Part shown: positions 5,212 to 11,873 of the stretch, one piece after another
Layout: every line of letters begins with the position of its first letter
Numbering within the stretch: position 1 is the first letter of the stretch
Source: Candidatus Woesearchaeota archaeon
Lineage (GTDB): Archaea; Nanobdellota; Nanobdellia; Pacearchaeales; GW2011-AR1
Length of the DNA: 13,885 nucleotides
Direction: 5' to 3'
Assembly: GCA_964604715.1 (NCBI GenBank)
Contig: CAZRZR010000020.1
Location: 1-13,885, forward strand
Program-made: the position numbers and the translations under genes
Notes under the pieces: generated by a model
What the model was told of the DNA's origin: nothing
Databases searched by the model: none
What the model saw: the letters and a program-made list of their open reading frames with translations, nothing else

Positions 5212-5996
5212 AGTACATTATCTACAGTCGTGCTTCTTTCTAAATACATCTGATAAGGATTCAGTACGTTGCCGTAAGAATCAAAATTAATTATGCCTGA
5301 AGCTCCTTGAAATTCAATTCCGTATAAAGTTGTACGAATTTCGTCTGGAGTGCGAGCTCCTTCTTTTAGGGTTCTTGCAATTGCGTCAAACGCGTCAAAT
5401 GCTTGAGAAGCAAAGGCGCCAGGTTGCATAGCATATTCGGCCTGATACAACGTTTTAAACCCATTAGCGTTATGGGGAACTATCGCATACTGCGTTAATT
5501 CTTTTCTCATCACTCGATCGCTGGTAAATGCTTCTTCAAACTGATCCACAGGAACTGTTCTGAAAAAATATGTACTTATATTGTTTAGCGATTTATCACT
5601 TGCAGCAGGAGAGATAATGGCTATCTTTTTTTCAGCAGCAACACTTACTAATGCAGCAGTTGATTGAGAACAGGCGTCTCCAATAACTACATAAATAGGG
5701 TAAGTGCGAGTAATTTCTTGAAGTTCTTCTACTGCTTTGTTTGGATCACATCGCGAGTCTCGGTAAACAATATTCACGTTTTCCAGATGTGCTTCTCGAG
5801 CAGCTAGTTCGATGGCTTGCTGCATCTGAACGCCATAAAAGGAGGCGTTTCCAGTAAGCGGAATAATAACTCCAATAGTGATATCGTTCATATCTCTGAC
5901 AACATTTCCTGTAATGCCTGCAAATGCGTAAATAAGAATAATAACTCCGACAAGCGAAAGCGCTGTAACTGTCAAGATAGTCTGAGAACGTTCCAT
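5208..5996 (-). CDS. membrane-anchored periplasmic-binding-protein type I (LivK/Peripla_BP_6-like) protein, unusually short
   Basis: N-terminal TM helix (ILTVTALSLVGVIILIYAFA), then IGVIIPLTGNASFYGVQMQQAIELA...VVIGDACSQSTAAL...IAIISPAAS...YFFRTVP, and a C-terminal AFASQAFDAFDAIA...GASGIINFDSYGN. Only 262 aa. No ABC permease or ATPase genes adjacent. Confidence 0.75.
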   Translation of the reverse strand: MERSQTILTVTALSLVGVIILIYAFAGITGNVVRDMNDITIGVIIPLTGNASFYGVQMQQAIELAAREAHLENVNIVYRDSRCDPNKAVEELQEITRTYPIYVVIGDACSQSTAALVSVAAEKKIAIISPAASDKSLNNISTYFFRTVPVDQFEEAFTSDRVMRKELTQYAIVPHNANGFKTLYQAEYAMQPGAFASQAFDAFDAIARTLKEGARTPDEIRTTLYGIEFQGASGIINFDSYGNVLNPYQMYLERSTTVDNVL

Positions 5997-6018
5997 TAAT
6001 TTTTAGTTATAACGGAGG

Positions 6019-6026
6019 TATATAAG
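6019..6026 (-). promoter_or_regulatory. TATA-like box (minus strand CTTATATA) for the binding-protein gene
   Basis: Centre about 26-27 bp upstream of ATG at 5996 (minus). Confidence 0.35.
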
Positions 6027-6038
6027 TATTTCTTAAGA

Positions 6039-6857
6039 TTAAGCTTTTGTTTTATTTAACGGTGAAAAACTATTCCATGCAAGTTCAAACATTTGCTGCA
6101 TTGATTTCGCAAAGAAATCGCTTGATAACCAAACAGCAACATCATAATTAGGATGAACAGTTTTATCATCAAGAAGCATGAACATCAGTTGTTTATCATC
6201 TATTATCGCAAATCTGCCATGCGGCTTGTTCATGGATCGCACTTCTGCTACTTTAGAGAGCTCACGTGCAACTTTATAGTTCTCTGCAGTAATTGGTGCT
6301 GCAATTTTAACGGAGATTCCTCTTTTGCGTGCCTTCTCAAGTGTGGGGAGTAATGCTTCCATTTTTCTATTTAAGCCTTCAGCTGTGGTGACAATGGTAG
6401 TATTTTTTTCAGCATTTTTTATCAACATATCGAGGTGGTTGTACATGTTCTGTCTTCCCTTGATGCTTCCAGACAAATCTGAAGGTTCTATAAATTTGAT
6501 ACCATTAGTAAACAATCCAGTTAGTTCGGCTAAAACATCGTCATCTTTAAGCTCGTCAAGGCGCTTTGCTTTCTCTTGTGCTTCTACAACAAGATTCTTT
6601 TTACGGCGTTCAATAACTTCTTGTGGCTTAAGTGCAGTAAATTTGATTGGTTTGCCAAGTTTCATTACGATGAATCCTTTTCTATCTAATGCTTCAAGAA
6701 TATCATACGTTCTTGATCGAGGAACATCTGAAATGTTGCTCAATTCTCCAGCAGTTGAAACCCCTCGAGATAATAGAGAAGTCCATACCTTAACTTCATA
6801 CAAATTCAAATCAAATATCTTCCGCAGTCGACTCAAAAATTCTTCTTTTACTATCAT
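6039..6857 (-). CDS. trmB: TrmB-family transcriptional regulator
   Basis: N-terminal winged helix: LYEVKVWTSLLSRGVSTAGELSNISDVPRSRTYDILEALDRKGFIV. Coiled-coil linker and a C-terminal TrmB-like domain; 272 aa. Confidence 0.85.
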   Translation of the reverse strand: MIVKEEFLSRLRKIFDLNLYEVKVWTSLLSRGVSTAGELSNISDVPRSRTYDILEALDRKGFIVMKLGKPIKFTALKPQEVIERRKKNLVVEAQEKAKRLDELKDDDVLAELTGLFTNGIKFIEPSDLSGSIKGRQNMYNHLDMLIKNAEKNTTIVTTAEGLNRKMEALLPTLEKARKRGISVKIAAPITAENYKVARELSKVAEVRSMNKPHGRFAIIDDKQLMFMLLDDKTVHPNYDVAVWLSSDFFAKSMQQMFELAWNSFSPLNKTKA

Positions 6858-6906
6858 CGTATGAATAATGTTAGTAAATGCCCGCCTAACTATTTAAATG
6901 TTTTCA

Positions 6907-6914
6907 CCAAAAAA
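6907..6914 (-). terminator. oligo-T tract (minus strand TTTTTTGG) directly after the ileS stop
   Basis: A6 run on the plus strand at 6909-6914 equals T6 on the minus strand, immediately 3' of the TAA at 6915-6917. Confidence 0.35.
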
Positions 6915-9692
6915 TTAGAAATCTATTCCAATTTTTTCATCTCTTACTTCAAATGAAATTGAAGATTTTCCGTCGATAGAAATTTCAATTTTGCTGGATC
7001 CTGTCTTTTTGGAAATATATTCAGTATGGGTAAGGAGTAAATTTTTCAGCTTTTTGCTCACTACTAAAGAAAGACGTATGTTATCTGATTTTACCAGACC
7101 CTTGTTTTTTCTTTCGGCTTGCACTCTGCGAGTTATCTCGCGTGCAAATCCCTCGGCCTCAAGTTCTACAGTTGTTTCGGTGTTAAGTGTAACTTTTATT
7201 GCTTGTTCTTTAGTGGTTTTTCGAGTGAGCCTTTTTACATTGATTTGTCTACATATAATCTCTTCAACTTCTTTAGACAATTTCTTTGTTGATTCATAAG
7301 TTGCATCTAGCAAAGGCCATCTTAGTCCAATTTTTACTTTGTCTCTTTCTGCAAGAGCTTTTTCTATGACTTCCAATGCTACAGCAAACTCTTCCTCCAA
7401 CTTTTGATTCATTTTTGTTTTATCATAAGCTGGCCATTGTGATAAATGAACCAGTTGTTTGTTGAAATGTGAATAAATCACGCTTGTTATATAAGGGGCA
7501 TAAGGTGCAAGCAATTGAGCAGCCTTCTCGAGTACCTCGCCTACAACGTTCTTTACTCCAATGTCCTCGCGCTCTCTAATCATCTTAATATAGGTCTTGG
7601 AAAAGTCGTTTATGATAAAGTTTATTACTGGATTAAGGGCTTTTTCAATTTGATAGTTCTCCAGTTGTTCTGTTGCAGTTTTAATAACTGAGTTAAGGCG
7701 TGAAATTATCCAAGCGTCTTCTGTTTTATAGAGCGGTTTATCTGAGTTCTCCATTTGGCTATAGAACTGATATGTGTTCCAAAATACATTAAGAAAAGGA
7801 ACAATTTCTTTTTTTACAGTGTCTACGCCAAATTTCTTGAAGCCTCCTATGTCTACCGTGCAAAATTGCAATCGAGTAGCATCAATTCCAACGCTTTCTA
7901 AAACCATGTCCGGATCTAAAATATTTCCCTTGCTTTTGCTCATTTTCTCTCCCTTCTCGTCAACAATATGTCCTGCGCATATGACATTCTTATAAGCAAC
8001 GTCATCAAACAAAATAGTTGCCAGCACGTGTAACGTGTAGAACCATCCTCTTGTCTGGTCAATAGCTTCGGTGATAAAATCATAAGGGAATCGTTTCTTG
8101 AATTCTTCTTTGTTCTCGAATGGATAGTGGAACTGGGCAAAACTTGCAGAGCCAGAGTCATACCAACAATCAATCACATCTGAAACTCGAGACATTTCTT
8201 TTTTACATTTGATGCAATTTATTCTAACGTTGTCAATCCACGGCTTATGCAAGTCTATATCTTTTTCAGAAATCTTTTTTGTAGCTTTTTCTTTTAACTC
8301 TTTAACACTGCCGATTATTTCCTCATGGCCACACCCACATCTCCATATTGGCAAAGGGGTTCCCCAGAACTTCTTTCTAGATAGTGCCCAATCCTTTACG
8401 TTGTTTAACCATTCGCCAAATCTTCCGTCTCTTATATGCTTTGGAGTCCAGTTTATTTTTTTATTAAACTCCATAAGCTTTTCTCTGTAAGCCGTAACTC
8501 GTATGAACCAAGATTTTATGGCATAGTACATCAATGGTGTATCGCATCGCCAACAGAAAGGATAGTCATGTTCGTATTTTATCTGTTTAAACAACGAGTC
8601 TTGATTATCTAGTCGCGCAATTATTTCTTTATCTGCACTTTTTATGAATTTGCCTGCATACTCCGGAACTTCCTGCGTAAATTTACCATTCTCATCAACT
8701 GGTTGAACAAACGGCAGACCTGCTTTTTTACAAGCTTCGTAATCTTCTTCTCCAAATGCTGGAGCCATATGCACTAAACCTGTTCCTTCAGTTTCAGTAA
8801 CGCTTGCGCTTTCTATAACCCTAAATGCATCAAGTTCTTTAAAGTAAGGAAACAAAGGATTATACTCTAGTCCAAGCAACTTTTTACCTTTAACTCTCTT
8901 AATTATCTCAGGAGTTTCAAAGTACTGTGTTGCGAGCTTCTCTGCAGTAACATAAACATTAGATCCATCTTGCACATATACGTACGTTATATCTGGATTA
9001 ACCGCGATCCCAACGTTGGAAGGTAAGGTCCAGGGTGTTGTGGTAAACACAAGAAAATAGTGATTTTTTTCCCCTTTCAACTGAAATTTAACTATGACTG
9101 ATTCATCTTTTACGTTCTTATACCCTTGAGCGACCTCGTGGCTTGACAAAGGAGTCTCACATCGTGGGCAGAAAGGAACAACTTTATGCGCTTCATATAA
9201 CAACTTTTTATTATATAGTTCTTTGAGTGACCACCAGACGCTTTCAATATAATCATTAGTAAGAGTAGCATAGGCGTTCTCCAGGTCGGCCCAGTAGTCA
9301 AGTTTTTCAGTAGATTTGTTCCACGAATCTATATATGAAAAAACGCTTTTTCTACACTCCTCAATAAATTTTGCTTCGCCATACGTCAATATGTCTTTTT
9401 TGCTATTAAGCTTTAGCTTTTTTTCTATTTGAACTTCAACAGGCAATCCATGACAGTCCCATCCTGCTTTTCTAGGCACGTTATATCCTTGCATGTACCT
9501 AAACTTGTTGATAATATCTTTATACGTCCTAACCTCTAAATGATGCAGGGCAGGAGGAGCATTAGCAGTAGGCGGCCCTTCAAGGAAACTAAATAATTTT
9601 TTCCTGTCTGAGTTTGATGAAACTGCTTTTTCAATATCCTTTTTTTTCACAAGCTTCTTTGCTTTCTCTTCTATTTCCTTAAAGTTATACAT
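6915..9692 (-). CDS. ileS: isoleucyl-tRNA synthetase, type-2/archaeal-like, with non-canonical HIGH motif
   Basis: EGPPTAN...GWDCHGLPVE, FCPRCETPLSSHEVAQGY, TTTPWTLPSN and GTGLVHMAPAFGEEDY (editing domain), FCWRCDTPL, DWALSRKKFWGTPLPIW, KMSKS (7932-7946), EAEGFAREITRRVQAERK. The ORF track starts at TTG 9704; ATG 9692 (MYNFKEIEEK) is more likely. Confidence 0.97.
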   Translation of the reverse strand: MYNFKEIEEKAKKLVKKKDIEKAVSSNSDRKKLFSFLEGPPTANAPPALHHLEVRTYKDIINKFRYMQGYNVPRKAGWDCHGLPVEVQIEKKLKLNSKKDILTYGEAKFIEECRKSVFSYIDSWNKSTEKLDYWADLENAYATLTNDYIESVWWSLKELYNKKLLYEAHKVVPFCPRCETPLSSHEVAQGYKNVKDESVIVKFQLKGEKNHYFLVFTTTPWTLPSNVGIAVNPDITYVYVQDGSNVYVTAEKLATQYFETPEIIKRVKGKKLLGLEYNPLFPYFKELDAFRVIESASVTETEGTGLVHMAPAFGEEDYEACKKAGLPFVQPVDENGKFTQEVPEYAGKFIKSADKEIIARLDNQDSLFKQIKYEHDYPFCWRCDTPLMYYAIKSWFIRVTAYREKLMEFNKKINWTPKHIRDGRFGEWLNNVKDWALSRKKFWGTPLPIWRCGCGHEEIIGSVKELKEKATKKISEKDIDLHKPWIDNVRINCIKCKKEMSRVSDVIDCWYDSGSASFAQFHYPFENKEEFKKRFPYDFITEAIDQTRGWFYTLHVLATILFDDVAYKNVICAGHIVDEKGEKMSKSKGNILDPDMVLESVGIDATRLQFCTVDIGGFKKFGVDTVKKEIVPFLNVFWNTYQFYSQMENSDKPLYKTEDAWIISRLNSVIKTATEQLENYQIEKALNPVINFIINDFSKTYIKMIREREDIGVKNVVGEVLEKAAQLLAPYAPYITSVIYSHFNKQLVHLSQWPAYDKTKMNQKLEEEFAVALEVIEKALAERDKVKIGLRWPLLDATYESTKKLSKEVEEIICRQINVKRLTRKTTKEQAIKVTLNTETTVELEAEGFAREITRRVQAERKNKGLVKSDNIRLSLVVSKKLKNLLLTHTEYISKKTGSSKIEISIDGKSSISFEVRDEKIGIDF

Positions 9693-9716
9693 GGCAGTTT
9701 TCAATGACTAATCCTT

Positions 9717-10115
9717 TTATACCTTACTCTTAACTCTTTTTGTCCAGCGAGTATCATAACTCTGATATACGCTAACAATTGAAATCAGTGCGACAAATAA
9801 TAGGCTATAGGATATAATTGAATTCTTCTTGACAAAAAATATAATGCTCATCGCAAGAGAAACGATGAAAGCCGCATAGAACCATCTCCTCCCAAGAAGC
9901 AATTCATCTCTTGAAAACCATGAAATAGTAAATCCTAATGGGATTGCCCAGATAATCAATAAGTAAGGCAACGAAACCAGCCATGAAACTAACGTGCCCA
10001 CACTACAGAGTCCAATCAAGCTGGCTATACCTAATAAGGAGGTATCTTTATTATAGAGTACAACGACTATGCAAATCAATGCGAGTAAGCCAAGAAACCA
10101 GAGCGTTATAATCAT
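9717..10115 (-). CDS. small integral membrane protein (about 4 TM helices), function unknown
   Basis: 132 aa, hydrophobic throughout, basic C-terminal tail (RWTKRVKSKV). Its ATG overlaps the CBS gene stop (ATGA at 10112-10115). Confidence 0.7.
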   Translation of the reverse strand: MIITLWFLGLLALICIVVVLYNKDTSLLGIASLIGLCSVGTLVSWLVSLPYLLIIWAIPLGFTISWFSRDELLLGRRWFYAAFIVSLAMSIIFFVKKNSIISYSLLFVALISIVSVYQSYDTRWTKRVKSKV

Positions 10116-10483
10116 TCAAAAAGGAAGTCAGAACCTTTTTCTGATTCTTCTAGGAGATTAACGTTTGATACAACACCGACCAGTTTCTTATCATCGATCA
10201 CAGGTAGTTTGTCTAGTTTATACTTTTTGAACATCCGAGCCGCCTCAGCAATATCTTCGTTTGAAGAAATACCTACTATCTTTTTATTCATAATCTCGGA
10301 AACTATTTCTTTATGTCCAAAATGCTTTATGAGATCTTCTTGAGATATCACTCCTACAAGATCTCGTTTTTTAACAACAAACAATGTACGTATATTCTTA
10401 AAATTCATAATCCGAGCCGCCTCTCCCAAACTTGTCGTCTCTTCAACCGTAACAGCTGGTTGCATAATTTCTTTAACTCGCAT
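10112..10483 (-). CDS. stand-alone CBS-domain pair protein
   Basis: Two CBS repeats: IMQPAVTVEETTSLGEAARIM...LFVVKKRDLVGVISQEDL and IMNKKIVGISSNEDIAEAARMF...LPVIDDKKLVGVVSNVNLL. 123 aa. Confidence 0.9.
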   Translation of the reverse strand: MRVKEIMQPAVTVEETTSLGEAARIMNFKNIRTLFVVKKRDLVGVISQEDLIKHFGHKEIVSEIMNKKIVGISSNEDIAEAARMFKKYKLDKLPVIDDKKLVGVVSNVNLLEESEKGSDFLFE

Positions 10484-10502
10484 ATCGGATCATACCTCTG
10501 AG

Positions 10503-10512
10503 ATATTTAAAT
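10503..10512 (-). promoter_or_regulatory. TATA-like box (minus strand ATTTAAATAT, preceded by AGAGAG) for the CBS gene
   Basis: Sits in the 33-bp gap after the helicase stop. Centre about 24-25 bp upstream of ATG 10483. Confidence 0.35.
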
Positions 10513-10516
10513 CTCT

Positions 10517-11737
10517 CTAGTATCGTCTGCGTCCGCCGCCATAACTTCCCTGTCGACCGCCAAATCTTCCGCGTGATTGACCAAATCCTTCCCTAGGACG
10601 TGAGCTCCTGTCAACACTTACGCGTATTTGAGTTACACTAGGTAAATCTGCTTGCGTTATCTGAAGTGATTGATCTCTTAACACTGCTCTGAAGTTATCA
10701 TAATCTCTGTCCGCGACAATGCTTATTGCCTTCCCATCAGTACCTGCACGAGCAGTTCTGCCAATTCTGTGAATATATTCTTTGCTTGTAGGGGGCAAAT
10801 CATAATTGTATACGTGAGAAACGTTTGGAATATCAAGACCTCGTGCGGCAACATCTGTGCAAACAAGCACGAACACTTTCTTTGAATGGAACTTTTCTAA
10901 AATTTGATTCCTTCGTGCCTGTGTTAATCCTCCATGAATTGTTGAAGCTTCTATATCATTGATTTGTAAGTTGCGTCCAACAAAATCTGCGTTATGTCTC
11001 GTGTTACAAAAGACCATGACTAATCCTGCTTTCTCCTCCTTAAGTAAATGTACGAGCAATGAGAACTTTAACGGTTTTGGAACGTCATAAAACACTTGGG
11101 TCAGTTTTGAAGGATCAACGTAAGCTACTGCAGACACTTCTACTGGCGTACGCATGTGATTTTTGGCGATATGAGAAATATCCGAAGAAATCGTTGCAGA
11201 GAATAGTAACGTTTGACGATCCACCGGACAAGCTTTGATAATTCGAGTGACATCGTCTATAAAGCCCATGTCAAGCATGCGATCTGCTTCATCAAGCACA
11301 AGCGTCTTTATGTTATCAAACCGGATACTTCCTCGCTCCATATGATCCAGAATACGTCCAGGTGTTCCGACAACGATTTGTGCTCGTTCTAAAGCATACA
11401 TCTGCGGCGAAATGCCCACACCACCATACACAATAGCTACTCTCACATGTTTATATTTTGAAAATTTTTCAAGAGATTTACCGACTTGTTCTGCTAACTC
11501 TCGCGTAGGTGTTAAGATAAGTGCCTGAATTCCTTTCCCTTCTCCAATGTGCTCGATGATGCTTGCCCCAAATGCAAGGGTTTTACCCGAACCAGTGGCA
11601 GAACCTGCAATAATATCTTTTCCAGCTAGAGCTAAAGGAATTGTCTTTCCCTGTATTTCCGTGGGCTTTTCAAATCCGATTTGTTCAAGATTCTTTACAA
11701 ATCCGTCGCTTAATCCGAGTTCTTTAAATGCGTTCAT
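10517..11737 (-). CDS. DEAD-box ATP-dependent RNA helicase with C-terminal Arg/Gly-rich tail
   Basis: Q motif GFEKPTEIQ, motif I GSATGSGKT, PTRELA, TPGR, DEAD, SAT, TDVAARGLD, HRIGRTARAG. C-terminal tail: REGFGQSRGRFGGRQGSYGGGRRRY. Confidence 0.95.
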   Translation of the reverse strand: MNAFKELGLSDGFVKNLEQIGFEKPTEIQGKTIPLALAGKDIIAGSATGSGKTLAFGASIIEHIGEGKGIQALILTPTRELAEQVGKSLEKFSKYKHVRVAIVYGGVGISPQMYALERAQIVVGTPGRILDHMERGSIRFDNIKTLVLDEADRMLDMGFIDDVTRIIKACPVDRQTLLFSATISSDISHIAKNHMRTPVEVSAVAYVDPSKLTQVFYDVPKPLKFSLLVHLLKEEKAGLVMVFCNTRHNADFVGRNLQINDIEASTIHGGLTQARRNQILEKFHSKKVFVLVCTDVAARGLDIPNVSHVYNYDLPPTSKEYIHRIGRTARAGTDGKAISIVADRDYDNFRAVLRDQSLQITQADLPSVTQIRVSVDRSSRPREGFGQSRGRFGGRQGSYGGGRRRY

Positions 11738-11873
11738 CTGATAAGAATAGTATTCCTAATCTCATAAAAACCGAGTTTTATGTCTTTTTATAGTTAACGA
11801 CCTTCGTGGTTTAGTAAAAAGAGCCACAAATTCGTTTTATTATAGAAACTTTTTTAAATAAGGACGAAGTAGA
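11738..11873. promoter_or_regulatory. divergent intergenic promoter region (helicase leftward, surface protein rightward)
   Basis: Largest gap in the window. TATA-like tracts on the minus strand (TTTTTATG, plus coords 11763-11770, about 29 bp from ATG 11737). On the plus strand: TTTTATTATA at 11835-11844 and TTTTAAATA at 11852-11860. The latter is about 24 bp from the second ATG at 11880. Confidence 0.4.

Noticed and set aside
2379-6353. ORFs 2379-2579 (-), 3846-4043 (+), 5817-5999 (+) and 6153-6353 (+), embedded in the denV-like, ppa, binding-protein and trmB genes
   Set aside because: All are antisense to CDSs with clear family motifs, and none has its own motif or promoter context. I treated them as shadow ORFs.
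6325-6864. 179-aa plus-strand ORF, the longest unexplained ORF in the track
   Set aside because: It lies entirely antisense to the well-supported TrmB gene. Its product is low-complexity and Ser/Phe-rich with no motif. This is a typical shadow ORF in AT-rich coding DNA.
6991-9301. ORFs within the ileS span: 6991-7299 (+), 7774-7995 (+), 8209-8490 (+), and 7940-8173 and 9110-9301 (minus, alternative frames)
   Set aside because: All are embedded in the strongly supported IleRS reading frame and have no motifs or promoter context. I treated them as shadow or alternative-frame ORFs.
4280-9704. TTG start codons used by the ORF track for ogg (4280) and ileS (9704)
   Set aside because: In each case an in-frame ATG lies 3-4 codons downstream (4289; 9692). 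These fit the TATA spacing (ogg) or the usual IleRS N-terminus (MYNFKEIEEK) better. The difference is small and unresolved without experimental data.
9903-9922. TTCATCTCTTGAAAACCATG inside the small membrane-protein gene (plus strand). It shares 13 nt with the ORF81 upstream element and 12 nt (TTGAAAACCATG) with the ogg upstream region.
   Set aside because: No TATA-like box lies about 25 bp upstream. The ATG is followed by AAA TAG, a 2-codon ORF. The sequence encodes ISWFSRDEL on the opposite strand. Another coding-region copy (ATCTCTTGAAAAA, minus strand of 11465-11477, encoding SLEK in the helicase) shows that this string arises from codon usage. I treated both as chance copies.
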